Virus record (IMG/VR): IMGVR_UViG_3300042502_001233 | Coordinates: 298,019-362,018 of that record | Direction: 5' to 3' (one strand) | Length of the DNA: 64,000 bases | Part shown: piece after piece, positions 1-9,668 of the stretch | Layout of the letters: each line of letters starts with the position of its first letter | Position numbering within the stretch: position 1 is the first letter of the stretch | Made by a program: the position numbers and the translations under genes | Notes under the pieces: generated by a model | The model's input: only the letters and a program-made list of their open reading frames with translations | The model's database searches: none | Told to the model about the DNA's origin: nothing

Positions 1-542
1 ACAGCATCACCAAAATACTCTCTAATCAACTTGTTACTCATATTAACATACAAGTTTTTTAAGTTGTTGGTGCTTAACATGGCGCGTTGTAATGGTGTGG
101 CTACACCACCTTGAATGGTGATATCTCTTTCGACATTCTCTTTACCATATCTACGAGGAACAGATTTCTCTTTCACAACTTTTACAACCTTAACAGCTTT
201 TGGTTTAACCTCAACGATTGGCTCAACTACAGCTTCAATAACTGGTTCAACTACAGTTTCAACGATTGGTTCAGGTTGTATATCCTCACCAGTATTCAAC
301 AATTGATTGTATCTAATAGCGTATTCTTCTTTGGTAGAGATAAGTTCTTCGAAGATACTAGTTATCATTTCTTCGGTTCTTTCAGGTAACTTACCTTCTT
401 TGGTTAAACGATATAAAACACTAAATGGCAATTTAACATCTTCTGTAAAGATTGCATTCAAGTCTTCTATTTTTTCGATTAATCTTAGAGTTGTAAGTCT
501 ATCAAACTTCAACTCAGCTATTTTTGTGAAAAATGATTCCAT
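1..542 (-). CDS. hypothetical protein, 3'-truncated by window edge (MESFFTKIAELKF...)
   Basis: Read manually: ATG at 542 overlaps the TAA of the upstream ORF (TAATG); frame stays open to position 1; contains EP(I/V)(V/I)E repeats. Confidence 0.8.
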   Translation of the reverse strand, partial: MESFFTKIAELKFDRLTTLRLIEKIEDLNAIFTEDVKLPFSVLYRLTKEGKLPERTEEMITSIFEELISTKEEYAIRYNQLLNTGEDIQPEPIVETVVEPVIEAVVEPIVEVKPKAVKVVKVVKEKSVPRRYGKENVERDITIQGGVATPLQRAMLSTNNLKNLYVNMSNKLIREYFGDA

Positions 543-895
543 TATTTTGCAGCTTTGGTTTTTAATTCAGTTAAAATTTTATTGTGTTGTGAAACTTGGT
601 TACCCAACTTGGCTTTCAAATCTTTAACGTGTTTACCAAGACTGTCACATGTTGTTCTATAAACAACAACCTCTAACTTGTTGGCTCTGCGTTTGTCCAA
701 GATATCTTTAACTTCATTGATTAAACGGTGTGACTCTGATACGTGACTAGGTTTGGTCCCTTCTACTTTGTGGTACCATACTGATAGTTCTTTATCTAAA
801 TCAGATTGTGTTTGAAAAGCATTTTGTGCTATTTGCTCAATTGTATCGTAATGCTTTACGAAATCTCTTAATTTTTCTAATGAATCTTTTGACAT
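542..895 (-). CDS. hypothetical protein
   Basis: 117-aa ORF behind a TATCTTTG promoter box at 922-929. Confidence 0.75.
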   Translation of the reverse strand: MSKDSLEKLRDFVKHYDTIEQIAQNAFQTQSDLDKELSVWYHKVEGTKPSHVSESHRLINEVKDILDKRRANKLEVVVYRTTCDSLGKHVKDLKAKLGNQVSQHNKILTELKTKAAK

Positions 896-1009
896 AACTA
901 ATTCGTTTAAATATTAGAGTACAAAGATACGACTATATTTTATATACGCAAATTTTTTTTCACTTTTTTTCAAAAAAAAAATCCTAACTCTCGTTAGGAC
1001 TTGATTTTA

Positions 1010-1459
1010 TTAGTTGTAAGCTTGTGGGTTATCAACAACTTTACCCATTGCAGTTACCTTGCTTAACTTAGGATGCCTTACTTTACCGTCGGCATCTGGC
1101 TTACCAGACATTTCTTTGGTTGTAATTGACCTATCTGATGCGTTGTCAGCGTCACACTTATGGTCACCACACATAGCACCTGATGCATCCATTACTTGAG
1201 ATAGCTTAAGAATTCTATTAGGACCTTGTGTCGCATTTTTAACTTTAGCCGTAAGAGTTTTTACTTTCTTTTTTTCACCAGCATTTAAATCTTCATAATC
1301 TTTTTGACTAGAAGGTTTATCCTCGTTATCATCTGGATAGTCATTGGCTGGGTTTTTCTTGTTTAATGGTTTTTTAGTCTCTTCGCTGTTCTTGCCAGCT
1401 TCTAACATATTACCCAATAAACCTTCTCTAACCAATTGTTGTATTAATATCTTGCTCAT
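1010..1459 (-). CDS. hypothetical protein, possibly late/virion-associated
   Basis: 149 aa; N-terminus KILIQQLVREG; TATTTAT motif upstream (1476-1482); hairpin downstream. Confidence 0.7.
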   Translation of the reverse strand: MSKILIQQLVREGLLGNMLEAGKNSEETKKPLNKKNPANDYPDDNEDKPSSQKDYEDLNAGEKKKVKTLTAKVKNATQGPNRILKLSQVMDASGAMCGDHKCDADNASDRSITTKEMSGKPDADGKVRHPKLSKVTAMGKVVDNPQAYN

Positions 1460-1509
1460 CGTATTTTATTTTATTATAAATATCATGAAACATGATAAAA
1501 ATCAACTAA

Positions 1510-1905
1510 CTACTGCATTTTTTTACCATAACTTTTACTGGTGATAGCTCTTTTAGGTATCGAATAATCATATTGAGTCGAATCAAACACATCATCTGGT
1601 GATTCATACAATATCTTATTCATATCTTCAAGACTCAATTCAACATTATAACCAGTGGCTTCATAAATTTTGTAACGGAAATCAGTGATTCGGTTGTTGA
1701 CCTCAATAGCTTTATTTTCTGACCACTTTTCCCATATTGGGAACAAAGTATCTTCATCAATATTAAAAATGCTCATAATCGTTTGCATCACACTTCTGAG
1801 GCCAACTTCTGAACCATCGAAGTTATCCACTAACTTATACGACACCAAAGTTGATAAGGTGAATATATAGTTGTTTTCTAGATATTTCGTAATCATTTGT
1901 TCCAT
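1510..1905 (-). CDS. hypothetical protein
   Basis: 131-aa ORF coupled to the sigma gene stop. Confidence 0.7.
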   Translation of the reverse strand: MEQMITKYLENNYIFTLSTLVSYKLVDNFDGSEVGLRSVMQTIMSIFNIDEDTLFPIWEKWSENKAIEVNNRITDFRYKIYEATGYNVELSLEDMNKILYESPDDVFDSTQYDYSIPKRAITSKSYGKKMQ

Positions 1906-2783
1906 TACGCAAAGTTTTCGTAGGCAGATTTCATTCTAACACTGTTTTTGAATTTTTTAAGTGTTTTTTCTCTAACTTGACGAACCATTTCACGTGTTAA
2001 GTTAACGTCTTTACCTACTTCTTCAAGTGTTCTAGCTGCATGACCATTTAAACCAAACAAAGATTCCATAATATACTTGTCTCTCGGTTTAAGAGTTTCA
2101 AGAAGCACGTTGATTTCTTCAACAACATCACTATTGTTTAACAAATAGTCTGTTGATTTATCTGTATCATCAGAAATCAAATCACCCAATGTTGAACTGT
2201 TACCTTCATCATTGTTGATTTCTCTATCCAAAGAGTCCACATTAAATGTAGACAAGGAATCTAAGAATTCAAATTCATCAGTAGTCATTTCGTTACCGAA
2301 TGCACTAATAACTTCTTGAATATCGACTCTGTGGTTGTTCTTTTGCTCCAACTCACTAACCAATTTATCCAACTTTGACAAGTTGTTGATTTTATTGGCT
2401 GGAAGTCTAACTATTTTACCGTGTTTAGAAATGTGTTCTAAAATAATTTTTCTAATTGACCATACGGCAAACGATATAAATTTATAACCCATACTTGGTT
2501 GAAACTTCTTCACAGCCAAAATAAGTCCAATGTTACCTTCGTTTACTAAGTCTTCCAATGGAATCTTGTCTGTTGCATATTTTTTAGCCACAGAAATCAC
2601 AAAACGTAAGTTTCTTTCAACCAATTCATCAGCAGCAGCTTTGTCACCATTTAAGACTTTTTCAGTCAACTTAGCTTCTTCATCAGGTGTTAGCATAGGT
2701 ATATCATTAACCTCTCTCAAATATTGTTTGAAAGATGCTATATCTCTGTTAGTAAGTTTGGAGGTAATTTTAAATTTTTTCAT
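1905..2783 (-). CDS. RNA polymerase sigma70-family factor (RpoD-like, short Bacteroidota type lacking region 1.1)
   Basis: YLREV..IPMLT (1.2), LVERNLRFVISVAKKY, DLVNEGNIGL, YKFISFAVWSIR (region 2), TLEEVGKDVNLTREMVRQ (region 4 HTH). Confidence 0.95.
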   Translation of the reverse strand: MKKFKITSKLTNRDIASFKQYLREVNDIPMLTPDEEAKLTEKVLNGDKAAADELVERNLRFVISVAKKYATDKIPLEDLVNEGNIGLILAVKKFQPSMGYKFISFAVWSIRKIILEHISKHGKIVRLPANKINNLSKLDKLVSELEQKNNHRVDIQEVISAFGNEMTTDEFEFLDSLSTFNVDSLDREINNDEGNSSTLGDLISDDTDKSTDYLLNNSDVVEEINVLLETLKPRDKYIMESLFGLNGHAARTLEEVGKDVNLTREMVRQVREKTLKKFKNSVRMKSAYENFA

Positions 2784-2838
2784 CGTATATGTTTATTTGG
2801 GTGTTACTATTATTATTTGCAAATGTAATACAAAGTTT

Positions 2839-3285
2839 TTAATCATTTAAACTTCTTTGTAAATCTTTTTTCAAGTCTCTATCCTTGATTGTTTCTCTCT
2901 TGTCGTGTAGGTTCTTACCTCTGGCTAACCCAATTTCTAGTTTGATTAACCCTTCGTTCGTTAATTTGATTGCTAAAGGTATGATTGTCAGACCCTTCTC
3001 AGAAACCTTTTCTTTCAACTTTAGGATTTCTTTCTTCTTCATTAGAAGTTTTCTATCTCTCAAAGGTTGGTGATTGTTGTATTTGCCACCTTCTTTGTGT
3101 TCGGCCACGTGCATACCTTTGATGTATATTTCATCATCTTGGATGAAACAATACGCTTCCGATATGGAAGTTTTGCCACCTTTGATTGATTTAACCTCGG
3201 AACCTTTAAGCTGAATACCAGCTGTGTGTTTATCGAGTATGTTGTATTCGAAAAAACCTTTCTTATTGCTTACTATTGTTTTCAT
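2839..3285 (-). CDS. smpB: SsrA-binding protein SmpB
   Basis: NKKGFFEY, AGIQLKGSEVKSIK, RDRKLLMKKKEI, GLARGKNLHDKRETIKDRD. Confidence 0.97.
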   Translation of the reverse strand: MKTIVSNKKGFFEYNILDKHTAGIQLKGSEVKSIKGGKTSISEAYCFIQDDEIYIKGMHVAEHKEGGKYNNHQPLRDRKLLMKKKEILKLKEKVSEKGLTIIPLAIKLTNEGLIKLEIGLARGKNLHDKRETIKDRDLKKDLQRSLND

Positions 3286-3739
3286 TTTTATTTATTAGTT
3301 TAGTTGCTAAATAACATAAATCAATCGTTTTGACTTTTACTATAACGTCTTTTCTATTTTCTCTACGATAAAGTTCATACGTATCTTTTGATGTACCTAT
3401 TTCTTTACCTTTGGTTTTATTGGCAATAAATTCTTGTAATATAATTTTGTCAACAATAATCCAATAGTCTTCAGTTTCAAAAGCAAAAAAATCAGCATCA
3501 CCATATAACCAAGATAATTTGCCTCTAACATTTTTAAGTTCGACCCAATGAAAATTTTCATTGTAAAATAAATCTGACCTAGATTCTTTTTTCAAACTTT
3601 TAACATCTATTTTAGCTTCTATTTTCAAATCCCAATGTTCGTACATATCTTCTTCTTTTGTAGAAGGTGTAACATTGGTGAATAACGCAGAAAAATCATC
3701 TTCTTTTAATTTACCGATTATAAATTCTTTATTATTCAT
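3263..3739 (-). CDS. hypothetical protein, possible PD-(D/E)XK fold
   Basis: HWD...IDVKS...WVELKNV; start chosen at MNNKEF overlapping the upstream stop. Confidence 0.55.
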   Translation of the reverse strand: MNNKEFIIGKLKEDDFSALFTNVTPSTKEEDMYEHWDLKIEAKIDVKSLKKESRSDLFYNENFHWVELKNVRGKLSWLYGDADFFAFETEDYWIIVDKIILQEFIANKTKGKEIGTSKDTYELYRRENRKDVIVKVKTIDLCYLATKLINKNENNSKQ

Positions 3740-3983
3740 TTTTCTTCTTTTTAGTTTTCTTTGGCCACATACCTTCACATGGTTCTTGACACCATCTGGC
3801 GGTTCTGGCAACGATTACGTTAATGGTATGGATGTTACAACCATCTTCCAAGTGTTTGGCGTATTCTCTACACGCTGCTCTATCCATTTTATGTTTCACT
3901 GCAAGATGAACAACCCCGCCACATTTTGAACATGTGGCGGCCATTACTTCGACTTTACTTAAGTCTTCTTCTTGTTCTGCCAT
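3732..3983 (-). CDS. small Cys-rich hypothetical protein
   Basis: 83 aa, CSKC and further Cys. Confidence 0.65.
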   Translation of the reverse strand: MAEQEEDLSKVEVMAATCSKCGGVVHLAVKHKMDRAACREYAKHLEDGCNIHTINVIVARTARWCQEPCEGMWPKKTKKKKNE

Positions 3984-4679
3984 TTAAACTTTTGCTGCTG
4001 ATGGTTCCCCATCAATGATTACTAAATATTCACCAGTTGTTCCTATGGTGTCGATACCAATCAAACTATCAGTTATCGTTAGTTCTTCGATTGTGGTGTG
4101 ACCCACAACAAATCGATAACCATCTAACTTGTTTTTTAATAGTGATGGTATTCTAACCCATATTGGGGGTTGTGTAACATCATTACCACTATTACTAAAG
4201 TTATCACCGTAAGTAAACCTAAACGATTCAATGTTTGACATGAACCTTCTGTTTACTGAATCTTCCAACTCGGATAAGTTTATGTCATTATTTTCACACC
4301 ATGTTTTGGTTAACCCAGCGTGTGTGAACACAAAATCTTCATAAACATAACACATCTGTAACAAACCAGTTGATACGGCTGGTTCCAAGACTTCATTAAT
4401 ATCAATAGCTTTAAACTTCTGATACCCAGAATAAGTTTCTTGAGCTCCTTTAAGATAATGAAAGTCGTGATTACCAATAAGCAAAATAACCTTATCCACA
4501 TTTTCTTTTTTAAAATTTAGAATGTCTATAAAGTTCTGTATTTGTTGGTCTACTGAAACATCGTAATGCGTGTCGAAATAATCTCCTATAAAGACTATTT
4601 TATCAGCATCAGTTTCTTTAGCCACGATATTTTTCCAGTGGATGCGACCATGAGTGTCGCCAAGACATACTATTTTCAT
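3984..4679 (-). CDS. calcineurin-like metallophosphoesterase
   Basis: GDTHG, GDYFD, GNHD, THAG, GHT motifs. Confidence 0.92.
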   Translation of the reverse strand: MKIVCLGDTHGRIHWKNIVAKETDADKIVFIGDYFDTHYDVSVDQQIQNFIDILNFKKENVDKVILLIGNHDFHYLKGAQETYSGYQKFKAIDINEVLEPAVSTGLLQMCYVYEDFVFTHAGLTKTWCENNDINLSELEDSVNRRFMSNIESFRFTYGDNFSNSGNDVTQPPIWVRIPSLLKNKLDGYRFVVGHTTIEELTITDSLIGIDTIGTTGEYLVIIDGEPSAAKV

Positions 4680-5278
4680 TTTGTTTTGTTTTGTTTATGT
4701 TCTAGTTTTTTGAAATCTAACGTTTTGTATAACATACTATGATGATATGACTCTTTAAAAAAAGATTCGAATTTAACAACTTCTTTTATTGATGTTAATC
4801 TAATTTGTTTTCTTGACTGTTTAAAATTAATATCGAATTTTGTTTTAAAATAATTTATTATTAATTGTATTTCCTCATCATTAAAATTATCAACAGCTAA
4901 AATTAAATGACAAATATTACCGTTATAATAAAGACAACCATCATCCATATACCATACAGCGATAGCCATAGGTTCTAACATTTCTAAAATTTCTTCTGTG
5001 ATTACTTTTCTATCGTTATAAAATAATTCTCTATATTTAACATAATCATCAATTATAGAATAGCATGTTATTGAATGATAAAATTTATTAGTCCTTTTAT
5101 CAAATCTTTTTCGTTCATAAATTGAATAATTATTTAAAGAATTTTCAGCTTTCCATATAGCATAGTCTTTTTGAGCTAATGAATGTTCCCATCTAACACT
5201 ATAAGATTTTCGTCTATTACATAGTTTAGGTACTATTGCATCACCTAAAATCGTTCCTAATAAAATTTGTTCTTTCAT
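4676..5278 (-). CDS. LAGLIDADG homing endonuclease
   Basis: LLGTILGDA and AIAVWYMDDG motifs. Confidence 0.88.
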   Translation of the reverse strand: MKEQILLGTILGDAIVPKLCNRRKSYSVRWEHSLAQKDYAIWKAENSLNNYSIYERKRFDKRTNKFYHSITCYSIIDDYVKYRELFYNDRKVITEEILEMLEPMAIAVWYMDDGCLYYNGNICHLILAVDNFNDEEIQLIINYFKTKFDINFKQSRKQIRLTSIKEVVKFESFFKESYHHSMLYKTLDFKKLEHKQNKTK

Positions 5279-5419
5279 TTGTATGTTTTATTATAAATAT
5301 ACAAAACCATGATAAAAGACTAACACAAAATAGTAATGCTATTATTTTCATATATACTTTTTAACGTTTACAAATATACTACATAAAACGCTAAAATGCA
5401 AGTTTTTTTTACGTTTTTT

Positions 5420-5578
5420 TTAACAGTAAGACCAATTAGATGGGTCATTGTGGTCATCTAATTCATGTTCTTCGTGGTCATGTTTTTCTTTATTTTTATG
5501 TTTATGACCTTTCATAATATTAGACAATCTTTTTTTAATCTGAGTAGATTTTACTATTATGTTTACAAATTTTTTCAT
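5420..5578 (-). CDS. small His-rich hypothetical protein (52 aa)
   Basis: Read manually: MKKFVNII...GHKHKNKEKHDHEEHELDDHNDPSNWSYC. Confidence 0.45.
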   Translation of the reverse strand: MKKFVNIIVKSTQIKKRLSNIMKGHKHKNKEKHDHEEHELDDHNDPSNWSYC

Positions 5579-5582
5579 AATT

Positions 5583-6611
5583 TTAATTTTTTAATTTTAA
5601 TAACCATTGTAATTTGGCTTTTATGTTATATATTTTTAAACTAAAACTTTGTAACCATGTTATAAAACCTCTATATTTGTACGCTAATTTTAATTTTTTA
5701 ACAATACCCTTATGTTCGGTAGGCGATACCTTCATAATCCATGGCATCCAACTTATATCATCAGAAGCAACTATTGGAACTTTAGCTGTTACGAAATCAG
5801 CTGTAACAATGTTGAACGATTCAGAAAAAGATACTTGCATACCTATATCCATTTTAGATGCCGCTTCCAAAAATTCAGCATGTTTATACCATCTATGTTC
5901 AACCAACTCGTGTCTAGAATGTTCAAACAACGCTTGAATGTTTTTTAACGCATTGTCACCAGATTGTTCAGTTCTGGTTCCGTTGATATGAAATCTTAAA
6001 GTTTTACCTATTTTTTCAGCAAACTCTATCGCAGCCATCGCTTGTTGGTATGTGTTTTTCATTGGTCTAATCGCACCAAAAGAACCAATATCAACAAACT
6101 CTTTGCTTTTCACATGTTTTTTAGGTGTGAATGGTTTCGCTTTATAAATATTTGGTAAAAAGATAAAATTACCTTCTGGGAAACAGTAAGTTAATTGTTC
6201 AGTAAGTTCCGTTGTGTTAGGAGCAATTTCAATTTTTAACTCATCGATAGAAGCATATTGTTTTATCCATCTAGTTGCGATACCTTCGTTGGCCAAAAAT
6301 GGTGCTTTTGAATGTAATCTCACAATCCATCTTCTATTTAGATGTCTTTGGATTTGGAACAATTCTTTGAACTTTGCTGGTGGAACCCAAATAGCTTCAA
6401 TTATAACCACATCTGGGTTAAATTCAGTCACTACTCTATCAATAGAATTTGAGTCAGGTACTGGTGTAATTTTAGCATCAAAGTCGTTTTCATTTAGATA
6501 ATTAACAACAAAACTAGCTGAATTAAATAATCCAGATGTGACACCATAGTAGTCTTTTACTCTGTCGCAAGTTATAAATTGTATACGTTTTTTTGGGGTG
6601 ATTTCGTTCAT
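5583..6611 (-). CDS. GT-B (family 4-like) glycosyltransferase
   Basis: FGAIRPMKN and SESFNIVTADFVTAKVPIVASD donor-binding motif. Confidence 0.8.
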   Translation of the reverse strand: MNEITPKKRIQFITCDRVKDYYGVTSGLFNSASFVVNYLNENDFDAKITPVPDSNSIDRVVTEFNPDVVIIEAIWVPPAKFKELFQIQRHLNRRWIVRLHSKAPFLANEGIATRWIKQYASIDELKIEIAPNTTELTEQLTYCFPEGNFIFLPNIYKAKPFTPKKHVKSKEFVDIGSFGAIRPMKNTYQQAMAAIEFAEKIGKTLRFHINGTRTEQSGDNALKNIQALFEHSRHELVEHRWYKHAEFLEAASKMDIGMQVSFSESFNIVTADFVTAKVPIVASDDISWMPWIMKVSPTEHKGIVKKLKLAYKYRGFITWLQSFSLKIYNIKAKLQWLLKLKN

Positions 6612-6685
6612 TTTGTCGTTTAATAATAAATATAGTAAACGACCTAGAAATAATATTTTTTTTGTGTTAATTTTGTACTATTTTG

Positions 6686-6784
6686 TGCGAGAGGATGGAT
6701 TCGAACCACCGACACCTAGTCCCTAGTTGTTCCCTTGTACTTCGGGCTAAAAACCTTAGCGTTTACCAACTTCGCCACTCTCGC
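6686..6784 (-). ncRNA. tRNA-like RNA with remodelled anticodon/variable region
   Basis: Acceptor GCGAGAG/CTCTCGC, Leu-type D arm, T arm GGTGG-TTCGAAT-CCATC; no canonical 7-nt anticodon loop. Confidence 0.6.
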
Positions 6785-6869
6785 AGTTTCTAGTCTTTCC
6801 CAGTGTCACCCACTTATAAGCCTCTAGGTTTTTGTTCCTGTTAGGGTAAGGCAATTAATCACAATGTAA

Positions 6870-7517
6870 TTATTTTCTTCCTTGAACCCAACCTTCGTTT
6901 AAGTAGGTTTCAAGGTCTTCTTTTTTAATTTTTTTGTTGGTACCATCTTTGGTTATCCAACATGTACCATATTGACTGTTTAATTCGCCAATACCAGTGT
7001 TTTTCATTTTTTCTGATATTAATATCTTAGATTCCTCTGAATGTTTTTTACCATCCCAATCGTGAAAATATTTTTTTTCACGTTTACCTTCTTTATATGC
7101 TCTTTTTAAACCGTTAGAATGATTTTGTTTATAATTTATTTTAAATTCTAAATCATTTTCTCTTTTTTTAGCTAAACCTTTACCACCAGAACTTGAACAT
7201 TTAATCATATGTTCTTCACTTGAAAACCCACCTTGACCACCTTCCTTAAGGTTCATACATTTACCATCAGAAATTAATTCTTTGGTAACTAACTCAATCT
7301 CTCTAAGAACTAATTCTTCTCTTGTCGGTAAGAACTCAAGTATTTCTTTGGTATGGTTTTCTACACCATATTTTCTAATTGAATATCTGAGTATTTTACC
7401 ACTCCCCATATAACCATCATCTAGGTTACTTGTGCTATGCATCCCTACATACCATCGTCCAGTTACATTACATGTTGTTTTATATATGTAATGTATGTTT
7501 CTTTCTTTTCTTGCCAT
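6870..7517 (-). CDS. GIY-YIG (Seg-like) homing endonuclease
   Basis: HYIYKTT...WYVGMH...YMGSG; NUMOD3-like GKKHSEESKILIS. Confidence 0.92.
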   Translation of the reverse strand: MARKERNIHYIYKTTCNVTGRWYVGMHSTSNLDDGYMGSGKILRYSIRKYGVENHTKEILEFLPTREELVLREIELVTKELISDGKCMNLKEGGQGGFSSEEHMIKCSSSGGKGLAKKRENDLEFKINYKQNHSNGLKRAYKEGKREKKYFHDWDGKKHSEESKILISEKMKNTGIGELNSQYGTCWITKDGTNKKIKKEDLETYLNEGWVQGRK

Positions 7518-7574
7518 TTTACTTCTTTCTAAATAAATATCTAGAAATTATAAAAAGTACAAAAAAGTTTAAGG

Positions 7575-7648
7575 TGGAAGTAACGGGACTCGAACCCGTG
7601 TTCTCGCAACATCAGCCGCTTTATACTATCCTATTGTACTATACTCCC
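7575..7648 (-). ncRNA. tRNA-like RNA with Ala-type acceptor (G3:U70) and 4-nt anticodon loop
   Basis: GGGAGTA/TACTTCC-A acceptor, D and T arms intact; central hairpin GCGGC-TGAT-GTTGC. Confidence 0.6.
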
Positions 7649-7877
7649 ATTTGATTACTGTAGGCAATGAATAACACTTATCTATCATTTATTAGCATCA
7701 GATAGAACGATTCTTCTTGTTACCCAACTATCGGTGTCGCTAACGCCTCATGCACTCACACAGTAATCATTTTCTAGTCTTTCCCAGTGTTTTCAACCAT
7801 TGCAGTAAGTGCTCTAGAACACTTGCCAATTACCTAACATATAAATCTTGTTAGGGGCTTAACCGTTGGATTTCTTG

Positions 7878-7970
7878 TGGAGAAGAAAGGGTTCGAACCT
7901 TTACAAGCCGCTAAGCTGCCATCCATGACCTTCCTCTGGACTCGAACCAGACTTCTTCCAAAGCTTCTCC
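7878..7970 (-). ncRNA. tRNA-like RNA with two T-arm hairpins
   Basis: GGAGAAG/CTTCTCC closing stem; TCTGG-TTCGAGT-CCAGA and AAAGG-TTCGAAC-CCTTT. Confidence 0.5.
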
Positions 7971-8318
7971 ATTTTGAGAGGATTAGGTATGGCTCACCCC
8001 TCTATAACTGACGTCCTACCTTGACAGTCTTTTTGTTTTTGGTTAAGAATAGGGTTCACACCTAAAAAGAGACTCATGTTCTCGGAAACCACTTGAGTTT
8101 CCACCACCTTTTGCGGCTTGTTAACCGATTTGTCGATGCTCTGGCCACTGCCACCAGTTCTCCCCTTGAAACGAAGTGTTTTCTGTTAAACTACGCACCA
8201 TAAGACCTTGCAAGGAATCGCTACTAAGTCGTCGACTACTTTTTGCTAAACTATTCTGATACATTTGCAACCCTAACACCGCTACTGCGAGGCTAGGAAA
8301 TGTACCTTAACAATTTTG

Positions 8319-8482
8319 TAGACAAGGCTGAGTTCGAATCAGCATACCCAAACTAGCCACGCTTGGAAAAGGTTTTTAATGAGCTTTCCCCTTTGCTCCG
8401 AGCCGAATGTGTCTATCAATTTAATGTTCACCTAGAACAACCACCCCCAATGAGGTCAGCTTGACTTTTCCACCACTTGTCT
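8319..8482 (-). ncRNA. expanded tRNA-like RNA (about 165 nt)
   Basis: AGACAAG/CTTGTCT acceptor, T arm GCTGA-TTCGAAC-TCAGC, Leu-like D-arm halves TGGTGGAA...TAGACAC split by an insertion. Confidence 0.45.
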
Positions 8483-8743
8483 CCTATCTGTACCCTACAT
8501 AGATTGGGTAAGCGACCTCTGTCACTTCCTATCAACAATGCCATCCATGTTTGGCTATAGTGTATAGACATACCAAGTCTAATTGGTTTTGATTACATCT
8601 CCTAGCCGCTAAGCCTGATGTCGCGTGCCAGACCTTACTGGCATAAATGGTGGTTACACTACTGTTGAATCAGAACAGATTTTTTTTTACATTGCAAATA
8701 TACTACTTAGTTTTTATACTTGCAAATTTTTTTTAAACTTTTT

Positions 8744-8998
8744 TTATTCACACCAACAATTATTTCTATCATACCCACAACTAGGGCATTTGTTGGCGCT
8801 TTCTCTTTCGTGTTCTTTACGTCTGGTTTCAGCGTCTGGAACCCATTCACCGATTTCTTCATTGTACTCCATTCCTTCATAAAAACCACCTTTGGTATTT
8901 GATGAAAAGAATTCTCTGTTGGTCATTAAACCTTGTTTTCTGTGATGGTCATCCCAAAACGTGTCATCTTCGTTATACGCTGGATATTTGTTGCTCAT
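8744..8998 (-). CDS. hypothetical protein with C-terminal Cys cluster
   Basis: 84 aa, CPSC...CWC. Confidence 0.6.
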   Translation of the reverse strand: MSNKYPAYNEDDTFWDDHHRKQGLMTNREFFSSNTKGGFYEGMEYNEEIGEWVPDAETRRKEHERESANKCPSCGYDRNNCWCE

Positions 8999-9002
8999 AG
9001 TA

Positions 9003-9668
9003 CTATTTTTTTATTTCTACCACAATTGGTTTGTTTTGCACTTGGTAGTTGAAGTTAAGTATTGATGCGTTTACAAACACCCCACCATCTGGAAACTCAA
9101 ACTTACCGTATGCTTCGTGGATATGACCACACACAAATAGCTTTAGGTTGGTCATTTCAGCAGACTTCTCCAATAAATAAGGACAGCCAGTAGATACACC
9201 TCTAGTTGTCATATCCAAGAAACCTTTCATTGGACCATGTGTTATAAGCACATCGGTATCCAACGGTATCATATCCCAATGTTGACATATATCAGTACCC
9301 ATTCTATTAAACGCCCAATCATAAAACCATGGGGTGACTCCACTACCATGAAATTTTAACCCTTCAATTTCTACATTAGTATCATGTAAATAAATTATTG
9401 TTGGGTATTTTTCTTGTAACATTTCGTTGACAGCAAAAGTACTAACTTTTTCAAACCAAAAATCATGATTACCTGGAATAAAAATTTTGTATTTATAATT
9501 TAAAGCATTATACCAACTTAAGAAATCTTCAACCTCTCTTAGACTTCCTCTTCCAGATATATCACCAGCGTGTATTATCATGTCAATAGAACCATCTTTA
9601 TTATCTAACCAATCTGGCGGTATGCGGTGATGTATTGAATGGGTGTCACTTATACATGTAATAGTCAT
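9003..9668 (-). CDS. metallophosphoesterase (MPPED/239FB-like)
   Basis: ISDTH, IHAGD, GNHD, THGP, GHIHE. Confidence 0.92.
   Translation of the reverse strand: MTITCISDTHSIHHRIPPDWLDNKDGSIDMIIHAGDISGRGSLREVEDFLSWYNALNYKYKIFIPGNHDFWFEKVSTFAVNEMLQEKYPTIIYLHDTNVEIEGLKFHGSGVTPWFYDWAFNRMGTDICQHWDMIPLDTDVLITHGPMKGFLDMTTRGVSTGCPYLLEKSAEMTNLKLFVCGHIHEAYGKFEFPDGGVFVNASILNFNYQVQNKPIVVEIKK

Larger units (their letters stand above)
6787..7790. repeat. 20-bp direct repeat TTTCTAGTCTTTCCCAGTGT (6787-6806 and 7771-7790)
   Basis: Identical copies seen on either side of the GIY-YIG gene. Confidence 0.85.
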
